From the IMG/VR virus record IMGVR_UViG_3300034520_000378: a DNA stretch of 64,000 nucleotides; one strand, 5' to 3'. Both the position numbers and the translations under genes were made by a program. This DNA comes from a virus. The stretch's first letter is position 1. The number at the start of each line of letters is the position of its first letter. Positions 36,265 to 46,980 of the stretch are shown in pieces. Below the pieces are notes generated by a model. It did not search any database. It worked only from the letters and a program-made list of their open reading frames with translations, and was not told the origin of the DNA.

Positions 36265-37311
36265 ATGATGACAACTGTAGACAAACTCATTGACCTTGAT
36301 TTACCTGTTCTGCTCTGGGGGCCGCCCGGGGTCGGTAAATCGTCCATGGTGCGTGCTATTGCCGAACGCCGCGGCTGGAAACTGATTGATATGCGGCTCT
36401 CTCAGATGTCTCCTGTAGACCTAAGAGGCATCCCGGTTCCGGATCATCAAACAGGCAGGACGAAGTGGTATCCACCTGCTGAGCTGCCACTTGCCGAGCG
36501 GGACGGTGATCAGGGCATCCTGTTCCTTGATGAGCTGTTGCAGGCACCGCGCGATGTCCAGTCCGCTGCGCTGCAGCTGGTTTTGGACAGGCGGCTTGGC
36601 GAGTACGAGCTTCCCAAAGGCTGGCGGATCATTGCCGCATCAAATCGCGTGTCTGACCAGACCGGCTCGTACCAGATCATTGCTGCACTGGCCAATAGGT
36701 TTGTCCATATCCCGGTAGGCTGTTCACTTCCGCCGCTGCATCTGGACAGCTCCGAGTCCATTACGCTTGACTTCGATGCTTGGAAGAAGTGGGCGTATGA
36801 AAACAACGTACATCCGAACGTAATTGGTTTCTTATCTTATCGTCCCGACTTCCTGTGGAAGGCAACCGGACAGGTGGCGTTTGCTACACCGCGTACCTGG
36901 GCTGATTACGTGTCCAAGATACTCCACCATATTGGTCCGGACTTTACTGCTGTTGCTGGCTGCATTGGCGAGGGCCCCGCCACCGAGTTTACAGCTTTCT
37001 GCAACCTGCAGGACAAGCTGCCGCCGGTGCAGGACATCCTGGACGGCAAGGAGGCTGATGTTCCGAGCGCACCTGACGTGCTGTATGCTCTGTCCTGTGC
37101 AATCGTGTCTGCACTTATCAGGCTCAAGGGTAAATCAACTCTCCAGCGTGCCGTCACGAACGTGATGCGGTACACGCTGCGCCTGCCGTCCGAGTTCCAG
37201 GTGCTCATACTCAAGGACGCGTTCGGTGCTGGCCTGGCGGCGCACTTCAGCAAGCTTGACGACTTCCGTACCTGGGCTGCTCAAAACCGCAGCATTGTGC
37301 TTGCAGCGTGA
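36265..37311 (+). CDS. MoxR-like AAA+ ATPase
   Basis: GPPGVGKS, DLRGIP, LFLDE, AASNR, ALANRF, ATPRTW. Confidence 0.88.
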   Translation: MMTTVDKLIDLDLPVLLWGPPGVGKSSMVRAIAERRGWKLIDMRLSQMSPVDLRGIPVPDHQTGRTKWYPPAELPLAERDGDQGILFLDELLQAPRDVQSAALQLVLDRRLGEYELPKGWRIIAASNRVSDQTGSYQIIAALANRFVHIPVGCSLPPLHLDSSESITLDFDAWKKWAYENNVHPNVIGFLSYRPDFLWKATGQVAFATPRTWADYVSKILHHIGPDFTAVAGCIGEGPATEFTAFCNLQDKLPPVQDILDGKEADVPSAPDVLYALSCAIVSALIRLKGKSTLQRAVTNVMRYTLRLPSEFQVLILKDAFGAGLAAHFSKLDDFRTWAAQNRSIVLAA

Positions 37312-37386
37312 AAAAGGGTGGGGACTCTCCCGCCCTTTCGTTATCCCTGCACAGAGAAGAATGCGCATATAAGGAGGTGACCGTTT

Positions 37387-37851
37387 GTGCTCGTTATCAA
37401 TGCCGCTTTTTGTCCTTCATGTGGCTCCCCACAGCTGAACTATAATGCCACTGCTTATATAGCCGGCTATAATCTGCTTGATGGGCGCATAGTACTTTCA
37501 TATGACATATCGTACGTGCCAGTGTCATGCAGCGGCTGCGGCGCTGTCTTCTCACAGCCGTATGAAGGACGCATTGTCCTGCTGCCAGACGCCCCGAACA
37601 GGGTGCATGCTTTTGTCATTGACGACATCTTTTCGCCGTCCATGTGCGAGGTGTATGAGCTGGTATGCACACGGACAGGCGGGAATGTTGCGGTCTTCCA
37701 CAACCCAAAACGCCTGGCCAGGCTGGATATGAACGAGATAGTTGACCAGCTGTACTCTGCCCTGACTGCTGCGCAGGACGATGTAGCGCTTTCTGCTTAT
37801 GAAACCCTGATTTCAATGGCTACGGGATATGTGATTCCATCTAAAGGTTGA
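37387..37851 (+). CDS. CxxC..CxxC protein, paralog family A
   Basis: FCPSCGSP..CSGC; resembles 42253, 43345, 43787, 44211. Confidence 0.7.
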   Translation: MLVINAAFCPSCGSPQLNYNATAYIAGYNLLDGRIVLSYDISYVPVSCSGCGAVFSQPYEGRIVLLPDAPNRVHAFVIDDIFSPSMCEVYELVCTRTGGNVAVFHNPKRLARLDMNEIVDQLYSALTAAQDDVALSAYETLISMATGYVIPSKG

Positions 37852-38192
37852 ACCATTACGAAAGGAGGGGTGTAGGGGTGTTCTGGAATACATTTGACCG
37901 GGTAGTTGGTCGTCTACTTGTCAAGTGTCTCGTGCTGTTCTATTGTCTTCTACCGCTGCCAAGGAGGCGGCTGCCATGACAGCGCTGCTCAGGCTCCTTA
38001 TGCTGTTTGGCAGGCGCTTTGCATACCGCCTGCCCTATACGCTGGCCAGGGCCATATCATATGCTATTGTCGACGCACTTGTGATGGCGGCAGGCAGCCG
38101 GGCACTCAACCGTTATGCATCACCATCGCACTCACGGCCTGGGCGCCTGCGCAAGAAGAGGGGCTCCAAGTGAGCCTCTCTTCCATTCTCTT

Positions 38193-38235
38193 TGTGTCTC
38201 AATATGTTTACATTGCCCTTCAGTTATGGTACAAT
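38193..38235 (+). promoter_or_regulatory. sigmaA promoter of recA with TGTGTCTC box
   Basis: TGTGTCTC then TTTACA-N17-TACAAT, extended -10. Confidence 0.7.
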
Positions 38236-38269
38236 AGAAGAGTGACCAACGCATAAGGAGGGGACAGTA

Positions 38270-39289
38270 ATGTCTGATGACAAGAGGCAAGCTCTGCTGA
38301 AGGTCGTCGAACAGATTAACAAGAAGTTCGGCGACAATACCGTAGTGGTGCTGGGCGAAAGTGCAGACAGACTCAAGGTGGAGGTGATACCGACTCAAAG
38401 CCTGCTGCTCAACTATGCGCTCGGCATAGGCGGCCTTCCCAAAGGCAGGATCACCGAGATATACGGTCCTGCACACAGCGGTAAGACCGGTATATGCCTT
38501 GGTGCCGTAGCCGAGTGTCAGCGGCTCGGCGGTACCGCCGCGTGGATCGACGCTGAAAATGCCATGGATCCCGACTATGCGCGCCTGCTCGGTGTTGACC
38601 TGAACGGTATGTTCTACTGCCAGCCGCCCAATGGTGAAGAAGCAATCAATATAGCTGAGGCGCTCATCAATTCCGGTGGCCTGGACCTGCTGGTTATTGA
38701 TTCAGTTGCTGCTTTAGTACCCAGTGCCGAGGTAGAGGCAGAAATGGAGCAGAACCTCATTGGTACACATGCCAGGCTGATGTCCAAGGCCCTGCGGAAG
38801 CTGGTCGGCACGGTGGCCAGAAACAACACTGCGCTGGTGTTTATCAATCAAACCAGGGAGAAAGTCGGTGTGATGTACGGTTCACCTGAAATAACGACCG
38901 GCGGGAACGCCCTTAAGTTTTATGCCTCTGTCCGAATCGAAGTACGACGAGGTGAGGAGTTCAAGAAAAAGGACGAGGTTATAGGTCACACACTGCGGTG
39001 CCGGATAGTCAAAAATAGGCTTGCCATGCCGTTCAAGAGATGCGAGTTCCCTGTCTATTACGGCAAGGGCGTGGATACCAACTATGAGCTGCTTGAGCTT
39101 GGTGTACACCTTGGGATTATTAAACGTACAGGCTCATGGTTTGCTGTTGAGATAAATGGTGAGCAGCATAAGGTGAACAGCAAGGACGCCTTTGTTGCCT
39201 ATCTCAACGAACATCCCGAGGTTCGTGATTTCATCAAAGGACGAATCTTTAGCTCATTCAGCGGCGTGCCGGTGGGTGCTGCTACCTAA
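38270..39289 (+). CDS. recA: recombinase RecA
   Basis: GGLPKGRITEIYG..SGKT, IDSVAAL, GGNALKFYASVR. Confidence 0.96.
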   Translation: MSDDKRQALLKVVEQINKKFGDNTVVVLGESADRLKVEVIPTQSLLLNYALGIGGLPKGRITEIYGPAHSGKTGICLGAVAECQRLGGTAAWIDAENAMDPDYARLLGVDLNGMFYCQPPNGEEAINIAEALINSGGLDLLVIDSVAALVPSAEVEAEMEQNLIGTHARLMSKALRKLVGTVARNNTALVFINQTREKVGVMYGSPEITTGGNALKFYASVRIEVRRGEEFKKKDEVIGHTLRCRIVKNRLAMPFKRCEFPVYYGKGVDTNYELLELGVHLGIIKRTGSWFAVEINGEQHKVNSKDAFVAYLNEHPEVRDFIKGRIFSSFSGVPVGAAT

Positions 39290-39331
39290 TCCCGCCGGTG
39301 TCGCTAATTCTATGTCCAGGGAGGGATTGTA

Positions 39332-40195
39332 ATGTTCAAGAAAGCACAGAAGTCGCAAAGCAAGGCGCGCATAGCCATCATTGGCCCCAGCGGCAGTGGT
39401 AAGACCTATACTGCACTTGCCATTGCCTCGGCACTGGGGAAGCGGATCGCGGTGATTGATACCGAGAACGGCTCTGCGTCGAAGTATGCTGACATCTTCG
39501 ATTTCGATACTGCTAATCTCACGTCGTATCATCCGGACAACTACATCAGGATGATACGCGAGGCCGAGAGTGAAGGCTATGACGTGCTGATAATTGACAG
39601 CTTGAGCCATGCCTGGTCCGGTCCGGAAGGCGTCCTGGAGCTGGTGGACAAGGCGGCTGTCAAGTACAAGGACAACAGGTTCAGCGCCTGGCGTGATGCT
39701 TCACCAGTCCACAACCGGCTTGTGCATACCATTGTGACTGCGAACATGCACATTATAGCTACTCTGCGCTCCAAGACCGAATGGCTTGTGTCCACTGATG
39801 AGCGCGGGAGGATGATACCGCAGAAGGTTGGCCTGGCGCCCGTCCAGCGTGAAGGTATCGAGTACGAGTTTGACATCGTCATGGAGATGGATATTGACCA
39901 TAACCTGCGTGTCATCAAGACAAGGTGCATGGCGTTGGACAACTACGTGGTTAACAAGCCGGACAGGAGCCTGGGTCTCATCATCAAAAACTGGCTTGAC
40001 GAAGGCCTGCCGCCAGACCAGGTACCGGCAACGCCGCAGGAACTCAAGAAGATGATGGAGGTAGCGGCACAGGCCGGCATCTCCGTAGACCAGCTGAAGA
40101 CAATCGTCTTCCAGAAGACCGGTAAAACGTCGAGCCAGGAGCTCACGTCTGCAGATGTCAGCGCGATTGTGGCGGAGCTCACGAAGGCTTCGTAA
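39332..40195 (+). CDS. phage AAA_24 ATPase (Sak4-like recombination protein)
   Basis: GPSGSGKT, IDTENGS, IIDSLSHAW, QREGIEYEFD. Confidence 0.8.
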   Translation: MFKKAQKSQSKARIAIIGPSGSGKTYTALAIASALGKRIAVIDTENGSASKYADIFDFDTANLTSYHPDNYIRMIREAESEGYDVLIIDSLSHAWSGPEGVLELVDKAAVKYKDNRFSAWRDASPVHNRLVHTIVTANMHIIATLRSKTEWLVSTDERGRMIPQKVGLAPVQREGIEYEFDIVMEMDIDHNLRVIKTRCMALDNYVVNKPDRSLGLIIKNWLDEGLPPDQVPATPQELKKMMEVAAQAGISVDQLKTIVFQKTGKTSSQELTSADVSAIVAELTKAS

Positions 40196-40229
40196 GCTCC
40201 GCCCTAACTTCTGTCGGGGGTGAAAGTGT

Positions 40230-41378
40230 ATGGACATACTCAGTGCTGCGCGCTCAAGACTGCTGCTTAAGCAGCCGTTCTTCGGCACACTGGCACTGTA
40301 CCTTTATCCGGTGAAAAAGCCGGATATACCCACTGCTGCAACGGATGGAATGTATCTGTACTACAACGAGGAGTGGCTGAATGAGATTAACAGTAAGTAT
40401 GGCCTTGATACCGCTGCTGCTATCATAGCGCATGAGGTAATGCACTGCGCACTGCTCCACATTACCAGGCGAGCGTCGCGCCAGCCCGCACTGTGGAACA
40501 TTGCTGCTGACTACGCCGTCAATGACATTCTTGCTTCCAGTGGTGTGCCGCTCCCTGAGGGTGTGCTGCGCGACAGCAAGTATCACAACATGTCAGCTGA
40601 AGAGATTTATGCTGACCTTACCAAGAACATGCAGCAGCTGCCGCTTGAGGCACTGCTTGATGCGCTGTTGGATGACCACAGCGTATGGGATCAAGCCGTT
40701 TCCCAGGGTAACGGCGATCCTCAGTCGTCTGGCGCAAAACCGATTCTGGTGCCCGGCCAGCTTGAGTCACAGTGGCAGGCACGTGTGGCGAGCGCCGCTC
40801 AGGCGGCACGGATGCAGGGGCGCCTGCCGGCTGCGCTGGAGCGTTTGGTAGACGATCTGCTTGCACCCAAGATATCGTACAAACAGCTGCTTGCAGACTA
40901 TATGCAGAGGATACAGCAGGACTACGCATGGGGGCCGTTCGACAGAAGGCACATACATGCAGGCTCCTATCTCCCCTCTGTTAGTGGTTATGGCATACAG
41001 GAAATCGTAGTGGCAATTGACACCAGTGGTTCGATATCCGATAATGAGCTCGCCCAGTTCCTTGCAGAGGTGCACGGTGTAGCGTCCGTTAACGTGTCAC
41101 AGCTGCACATAGTCTTTTGCGATGCTGACGTACATGACTGGTGCACGATATCCATGTCCGATCCGCTGCCCAAGCTGAAACCGCACGGCGGTGGCGGTAC
41201 CGATTTCCGACCTGTATTTGATGAAGTACACCGCCGGAACATTAATCCAGCTGTGCTGCTCTACCTAACCGATGGTTACGGTTCATATCCCGAGATGCCT
41301 CAGTATCCCGTCATCTGGGTACTAACTGGTAAGGATGCTCAAAAGCCGCCGTGGGGCGCTATTGCATATCTTCACTAA
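40230..41378 (+). CDS. metallopeptidase-VWA domain protein (DUF2201-like), MoxR partner
   Basis: TAATDG, HEVMH, WNIAADY, DTSGS MIDAS, GGGGTDF, YLTDG. Confidence 0.88.
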   Translation: MDILSAARSRLLLKQPFFGTLALYLYPVKKPDIPTAATDGMYLYYNEEWLNEINSKYGLDTAAAIIAHEVMHCALLHITRRASRQPALWNIAADYAVNDILASSGVPLPEGVLRDSKYHNMSAEEIYADLTKNMQQLPLEALLDALLDDHSVWDQAVSQGNGDPQSSGAKPILVPGQLESQWQARVASAAQAARMQGRLPAALERLVDDLLAPKISYKQLLADYMQRIQQDYAWGPFDRRHIHAGSYLPSVSGYGIQEIVVAIDTSGSISDNELAQFLAEVHGVASVNVSQLHIVFCDADVHDWCTISMSDPLPKLKPHGGGGTDFRPVFDEVHRRNINPAVLLYLTDGYGSYPEMPQYPVIWVLTGKDAQKPPWGAIAYLH

Positions 41379-41437
41379 CAGGAGGTGCTTGCTCATGGTA
41401 CACTATGTCCGGTGCTGTGGTCTAAATACTGCTACAT

Positions 41438-41734
41438 ATGCCCGCTCAAGCCGTGCACAAGCTTGCCGGTAGCTCGTACTTCACGCGCTGCCGGCGCTCT
41501 GTCGATAAGCCCATATTCTTTACGGACCACAGCCTGAAACGTCTTGAAGGAAAGCGGCAGAACGGCATTACACAGGAGGATGTTATTGCTGCTGCACGCT
41601 CTATTCCCGGTACAGTTGTCACACCGACCCGGTTCAAGAACTTCAGGAGCGCCGCCGGGCGATTGTTTGACATCGTGATTTGCGATATGGGCGAAAGAAG
41701 AATTATTGTCACCATCATTGGAAAGGGAGGTTGA
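41438..41734 (+). CDS. small protein, DUF4258-like (start uncertain)
   Basis: FTDHSLKR...GITQEDV...IIVTII. Confidence 0.5.
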   Translation: MPAQAVHKLAGSSYFTRCRRSVDKPIFFTDHSLKRLEGKRQNGITQEDVIAAARSIPGTVVTPTRFKNFRSAAGRLFDIVICDMGERRIIVTIIGKGG

Positions 41735-41739
41735 TTACT

Positions 41740-42183
41740 GTGAACATGTGCTGCTTTGTAGGCCGTATTGCCACCGATCTGGAGATAAAGGAGAGTAACA
41801 ATGTGTCGTACCTCAGATTCAGGGTTGCGGTCAGACGTCCTGTTTCGCGTAAGGAGGGTGAGCCGGACACCGATTTTGTACCGTGCGTAGCATTCAATAA
41901 GACGGCGGAATTCATACACAAGAACTTCAAGAAAGGCGATTACATCTCGCTCATCACGACATACAGGACGGATAAGTACACTGCACCTGACGGTACGTCA
42001 CGTACAACGCACGACTTCTACGTTGAACATGCAGAGTTTTGCTCTCCGCGTCAGAGTAGGCACGAAGGTGAAGAACTGCCGCCGTCTCCAGCTCCGCGGC
42101 TCACGGTAGTCAATACCAAACAACAGAATGCCCCTGCTTCGTCCAGCACTGTTGCGGACTTTGGTATCGAATTGCCGTTTTAA
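41740..42183 (+). CDS. ssb: single-stranded DNA-binding protein (second copy)
   Basis: N...VGRI, DTDFVPCVAFNKTAEFI...FKKGD, ELPF tail. Confidence 0.9.
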   Translation: MNMCCFVGRIATDLEIKESNNVSYLRFRVAVRRPVSRKEGEPDTDFVPCVAFNKTAEFIHKNFKKGDYISLITTYRTDKYTAPDGTSRTTHDFYVEHAEFCSPRQSRHEGEELPPSPAPRLTVVNTKQQNAPASSSTVADFGIELPF

Positions 42184-42252
42184 CACCTTATCCCCTCCGG
42201 CCTCGTGCTGGAGGGGATTTTTGCTTACCACCACAAAGGGGAGGTAGATACC

Positions 42253-42741
42253 GTGCTGGTTATGCACGACGTGTTGATGTGCAGATATTGTGGTTCGCCG
42301 TATATTGCCTACTATACCCGGACTACGCATTTTGGTTTCGGGCCGGATGGCTCTGTCTTACAGGACACGGACCATGCTTCGGACTTTGACTACTGCTACG
42401 TATGCGGCGAAGAGCCGGACTTTGAGGAGGGCGCACTGGTCTACGTGCCCAAGCGCTCATTACTGCTTGCCTTCGGTCGCGGATCGGACTTTGGTGTGCT
42501 TCATGTGTACCGGGTACCGCATTCCGTGTCGGATGACGGTAGTGTCTATTACGATGATATGCGTCCCACCGAGATAGCCACCCTGCAGGAGAATGAGTTC
42601 ACGTTATCTCTGCTCCGCTCTCTGTTCTCCGGCGATTCTTCCGACGAACAGAAGATGGAGATACTTGAGACGCTGTTAGGCCCTGCGCTCTGCGATCCGT
42701 TCTACGACGGAGGCGAAGAAGATGCATACGCTGCTCAATGA
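42253..42741 (+). CDS. CxxC..CxxC protein, paralog family A
   Basis: CRYCGSPY..CYVC..LQENEFT. Confidence 0.75.
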   Translation: MLVMHDVLMCRYCGSPYIAYYTRTTHFGFGPDGSVLQDTDHASDFDYCYVCGEEPDFEEGALVYVPKRSLLLAFGRGSDFGVLHVYRVPHSVSDDGSVYYDDMRPTEIATLQENEFTLSLLRSLFSGDSSDEQKMEILETLLGPALCDPFYDGGEEDAYAAQ

Positions 42742-43348
42742 ATTGTACGACCTGGCCAGCCGCCTGGATGTATACCTAGATATGACGCTAGAGGACAATT
42801 TACTACTCCTTAACTTCGATGAGACACTCACCAGTACTGCTCAGGTCCTTGTACGAGCTGTAGCTGTTAATGATAGGCATACCGATGCTGGATATGACGT
42901 ACCATGGATCCCGTTTATTGTGTTTTACGCCAAACACAGCAATTTTGATCCGGAGCAGTTTGTTGGTCAGACTATGTCATTTGTTCGAGACCTCATACGT
43001 ACGGCTATTCAAGTAACACAGCAGATTGTGGATGGCGCTGGTCCCGAGACGGCTGCTAACGAAGTGGACAGGTTCATTGCACACGCATCTGCTGTATATG
43101 ACTATGCGTTCACCGTGCTCAGCTCATGTACGGGCATGTTTAGCACTTTCTCTATGCATGATGTGTATACTCTGCCGGCTGTGGTGCGTACCGCATCAGA
43201 CGCCCATGCCGCTGCAAAGCATCTGCTCTGCTCTACTGTACACATTGTCAGCTGCCTTGCGTTTGAACTGCACACGTGGCGCGAGCGTGCTGATGAGTTC
43301 ATTCGTGATTTAGCTAAACGGTGCAACCAAGAGGAGGTGAAAGCATGA
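42722..43348 (+). CDS. helical protein, paralog family B
   Basis: LL.ELYDLA..LD N-terminus; W...A.EF C-terminus. Confidence 0.7.
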   Translation: MHTLLNELYDLASRLDVYLDMTLEDNLLLLNFDETLTSTAQVLVRAVAVNDRHTDAGYDVPWIPFIVFYAKHSNFDPEQFVGQTMSFVRDLIRTAIQVTQQIVDGAGPETAANEVDRFIAHASAVYDYAFTVLSSCTGMFSTFSMHDVYTLPAVVRTASDAHAAAKHLLCSTVHIVSCLAFELHTWRERADEFIRDLAKRCNQEEVKA

Positions 43349-43797
43349 CCTTGATTGTGAAGCGCTTGCTTGTGTGTCCCTGCTGCGGCTCACCATACGT
43401 TGAATACCAGCATGGTACTACCACGTATGGATTTGCCTTTACCGGTGAAGCACTATCGCACAACAGTTATATAAACACCTACTGTTGGGTGTGTGAGGAC
43501 CATGTGAGCCCGCAGGAAGTATCCGTGATATACACACCGGACGGTCGGTTGTTCACGCTACTGTGTCAGTATGCAGAGGGAACTATGTACGTCTATAACG
43601 TTTCGTGTACTGCTGATGATAATGCTGTACACTTTACCGACGACGAGCAGATACTGATCGCCCAGCTCACACTCAACCAGTTTACCGAGTCTCTTCTTGC
43701 CACCGTTACAGACGTTTCACTGCCGGACGAGGACAGGCTCCAAGCACTGAGCATACTGCTTGGAGAATCAGAGGAGGTGAAAGAGCGTGCTTGTTAA
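43345..43797 (+). CDS. CxxC..CxxC protein, paralog family A
   Basis: CPCCGSPY..CWVCE..LNQFT. Confidence 0.75.
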   Translation: MTLIVKRLLVCPCCGSPYVEYQHGTTTYGFAFTGEALSHNSYINTYCWVCEDHVSPQEVSVIYTPDGRLFTLLCQYAEGTMYVYNVSCTADDNAVHFTDDEQILIAQLTLNQFTESLLATVTDVSLPDEDRLQALSILLGESEEVKERAC

Positions 43798-44221
43798 GCG
43801 TATGTTCCTGTGCGAGCTTTGCGGCTCGCCATACATACGGTATACACAGACAGTTGACTTTGAAGGCTTTACGTTAGATGGCAAGGATGTTGTGGACATA
43901 GCATATGCAGGGTATGCCTACTGCTGGGTTTGTGAAAGCAATATGGAGGCAACGGACGGATACCTAATATATGCCGATGGCAAGTTATACGGCCTGCTGG
44001 AGGACTATAACCGACAGCTGCGCATATACGAAGTGCCTTTTACATTGCAGCACGATACCGTCTCTCCCAAGAAGCAGTCGCCGCAGCTGCTTACCACACT
44101 GCAACTCAATGACTTCACGCGTGCGATCCTAGATACGCTGCTTGATGATTACGCTCCCAAAGGATACAGGTTTGAGATGTTACACATTCTTCTTGGGGAG
44201 GTGTCAGAGCATGCTTGTTAA
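43787..44221 (+). CDS. CxxC..CxxC protein, paralog family A
   Basis: MLVKRMFLCELCGSP..CWVCE. Confidence 0.8.
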   Translation: MLVKRMFLCELCGSPYIRYTQTVDFEGFTLDGKDVVDIAYAGYAYCWVCESNMEATDGYLIYADGKLYGLLEDYNRQLRIYEVPFTLQHDTVSPKKQSPQLLTTLQLNDFTRAILDTLLDDYAPKGYRFEMLHILLGEVSEHAC

Positions 44222-44645
44222 GCGTATGTTCCTGTGCGAGCTTTGCGGCTCGCCATGCATTCAGTACACACAGACAGTAGAGTTCGCAGGCTTTACCCTT
44301 AGCGGCAAGGAGATAACTGAAACTATGTATGATGGGTATGCCTACTGCTGGGCTTGCGAGCGTACCACAGAAGCTATGGAGGGCTACCTGCTGTACAACG
44401 ATGGTGAGCTGTACAGCATAATGGAGGACTACGACCGGCACCTGCGCATATACATGGTGCCGTTTAGAATGACTCACGACGAGCTTTACCCTGAGGAGCA
44501 GCCGCCGGAGCTGCTTGCCACACTGCAGCTTAACGAGTTCACACGTGCGCTCCTCAACGCACTGCTTGATGACTATGCTCCTCACGGCTACAGGCTCGAG
44601 ATGTTCTACACTCTGCTGGGGGAGGTGGTAGATTATGCTCAATGA
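44211..44645 (+). CDS. CxxC..CxxC protein, family A; tandem duplicate of previous gene
   Basis: same length (435 nt); first ~45 nt essentially identical. Confidence 0.8.
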   Translation: MLVKRMFLCELCGSPCIQYTQTVEFAGFTLSGKEITETMYDGYAYCWACERTTEAMEGYLLYNDGELYSIMEDYDRHLRIYMVPFRMTHDELYPEEQPPELLATLQLNEFTRALLNALLDDYAPHGYRLEMFYTLLGEVVDYAQ

Positions 44646-45636
44646 ACTTGTCCATGACCTGTTTGATATGGCAGCGGAGCTGGATGTTGAGCTACCGCTG
44701 GATATTGAGCAGACTGTGATGATAAGCGACATGGAATCGGTAATTGCCTCTACTGCCAGGATCCTAAAACAGCTTACCAACTACCGACAGGCTGTTTACA
44801 CCGGATACATAGACGCGCAGTTTAACGTACCGCAGCCGTCACTGCCAGCTGAGTTTAAGTCATACCCGGATCTGATGGCTGGGGCCCACGCTCAAATGCT
44901 TGCCGACAGATGGTACTTGTACCGCGACCTGTCTGATTCGAACCTTTTTACATGCTGCAGCCCCAAACACCTTAAGGACGCAGTCCGTACCTACTTCAGT
45001 GGTATCGTACACAAAGCATCCGGTGACGGCTGTGATACGTACAGCGCTGTAGTGGCAATCCCGCTTTGCGCATCGCAGCTGCTGCCCATGGTCAAATGGG
45101 GGCTTGATGCTGATGCGCTAACCGACCAGCTTCTCTATTTGCTCAGCGAGCTGACGCGCACCACTCTAGCAGCGGTAGAGAAGCTGCGTGCCGGCCAAAG
45201 GCCTTTTGACGTCTCCGAGCTGTTCTTCGTCACGCTCACCCGCGTCACACCGGTATGCAGCTATGCACGGGTCGTCGTAAACGACTGCACGACACCCAGC
45301 ACATTCCTGTGCTTTGACGACATATACCTGGCCATCTCTATACTGCGTGACACGGATTCCTCAGCCGAGGCTGCGCGCCTCTTGCTGCAGCACACCGCTA
45401 GTGCCATGGCCCACTTTGCTAAACTGCTTACCCAGTGGCAGCACCAGGCTAATGAGTTCATGCGCGGCATAGAACTTGCCAGTGCGGTGCTCCGCTTCGT
45501 TACTGATGTAGCAAAGCAAAGGCTGGAGGAATACGCTGCATCCTGTGCTACGCTCCAGCACTGGGAATCGTTTATAAGCTATAACTATCCCGGTTACTAC
45601 ACTCTATTCTTCGGACGGGAGGCGGTCGTGATATGA
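44635..45636 (+). CDS. helical protein, paralog family B
   Basis: LVHDLFDMAAELD; C-terminal W.SFI...YP.YY. Confidence 0.75.
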   Translation: MLNELVHDLFDMAAELDVELPLDIEQTVMISDMESVIASTARILKQLTNYRQAVYTGYIDAQFNVPQPSLPAEFKSYPDLMAGAHAQMLADRWYLYRDLSDSNLFTCCSPKHLKDAVRTYFSGIVHKASGDGCDTYSAVVAIPLCASQLLPMVKWGLDADALTDQLLYLLSELTRTTLAAVEKLRAGQRPFDVSELFFVTLTRVTPVCSYARVVVNDCTTPSTFLCFDDIYLAISILRDTDSSAEAARLLLQHTASAMAHFAKLLTQWQHQANEFMRGIELASAVLRFVTDVAKQRLEEYAASCATLQHWESFISYNYPGYYTLFFGREAVVI

Positions 45637-46673
45637 CACAGGTTTCTATAGCTGACTATCGCATTGACCAGCTGCTGTCAAAACTGTTCGATGTAGCGGC
45701 ACAGTTTGACTTTGAGCCGGACATGCCAGTCGATACCGCCATGCTGATTACAACACTCCCCTCTCTGTTGGATAAGGCTATGAACGCAATGCATGAGGCG
45801 GTGAAAGTGTATAGTGACGAATACGAGGACGGCTACATTATTGACACGATAACAGTTTATGAACCGTCTCCACCGTCGTCGTTCTTTGACTATGATGACC
45901 TACTCAACGCAGCATACCACATATTATCCTTAGACTTGGGCGATCTGTATGACAACCTTAACGATCCTGACTATCTTGCGGAGCTCGTTTCTCCTGAACA
46001 CAAGCGCATCATTAAGGAGTACTTTCATGAGTTTAAGTACTCCAGCTCGTATGGCTGCGTGGACTACTTTAACCTGCGCCTTGACCTTCCCAGTTGTCCG
46101 GATATCGTCCATGCATTCTACAACTGGGAGATTTCCGCTCTTGATCTTGGCGACGCGCTCAAGGAACTGATAGTTGACCTATTTGAGTATGTCACCTCTG
46201 CGCTTGTCAAACTCCATACTGATGGTGACATGGAAGCTGCACGTCGTGCGCTATATGACGTTTATTACAGTATCACTGAGCACCACTCCGAGACTATCGA
46301 TAAGTTGGCGTTTGTAGCTGATCTCCATACGGACATAGACAGCTTCAGATACGGCTTCGACAAGGATGCACACTTCTCCAGTGCCGACGAGCTGGCCCAT
46401 ACCGCTCTTCAGACTCTGTTCGAATTCCTGACAGAACTGACAGAGTCATTGGTAGAATGGGAAGCAGATGCCAGGTGGTTTGTAGAAGAGTGTCGGGCCT
46501 GCTTCAAAGCATTCAATAAACTGACTGACGCTATACAGAAACAGTTCAAAGACCTTGAGGTGTGGGCTGAGGATGAGGAGGCCTGGCGCGATTTTGTCGC
46601 TGAAGCCTACCCAGAGTACTACGCTGAGGTATACGAGTCCGACGCTGTGGCAGGTGGCTGCAATGCATCCTGA
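45633..46673 (+). CDS. very acidic helical protein, paralog family B
   Basis: LLSKLFDVAAQFD; C-terminal WRDFVAEAYPEYY. Confidence 0.75.
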   Translation: MTQVSIADYRIDQLLSKLFDVAAQFDFEPDMPVDTAMLITTLPSLLDKAMNAMHEAVKVYSDEYEDGYIIDTITVYEPSPPSSFFDYDDLLNAAYHILSLDLGDLYDNLNDPDYLAELVSPEHKRIIKEYFHEFKYSSSYGCVDYFNLRLDLPSCPDIVHAFYNWEISALDLGDALKELIVDLFEYVTSALVKLHTDGDMEAARRALYDVYYSITEHHSETIDKLAFVADLHTDIDSFRYGFDKDAHFSSADELAHTALQTLFEFLTELTESLVEWEADARWFVEECRACFKAFNKLTDAIQKQFKDLEVWAEDEEAWRDFVAEAYPEYYAEVYESDAVAGGCNAS

Positions 46674-46980
46674 AGAGGCTCTGCGTCAGGCGCTCCTCGC
46701 TTTTCATACCGCCACCGAGCTTTGCTCAAGCCTGCCGGGCGTATCTATTGAGTCAATCTCGCTCGAGACCGCGCTTTTTCTCGAGGATGCGCATGCAAAC
46801 TTTGCGTCTGTCTTCAAACAGACAGCTGATTTCTACCGGTCCTGCCAGCGCTACTTAACCGTTCTAGTCGAGATACCGGAAATTAATGTACCCAAGCTTT
46901 TCGACCAGGAACGCTATCTTGACCTTTCCATGGCCGTGTTCAAGGAAATAGCGGTGCGCTTAGTGTTGATGAGACGGTAG
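46663..46980 (+). CDS. hypothetical protein
   Basis: overlapping start, operonic. Confidence 0.5.
   Translation: MHPEEALRQALLAFHTATELCSSLPGVSIESISLETALFLEDAHANFASVFKQTADFYRSCQRYLTVLVEIPEINVPKLFDQERYLDLSMAVFKEIAVRLVLMRR

Noticed and set aside
43787-44645. Diversity-generating retroelement TR/VR pair
   Set aside because: Differences are not adenine-specific, span whole genes, and no reverse transcriptase is present.
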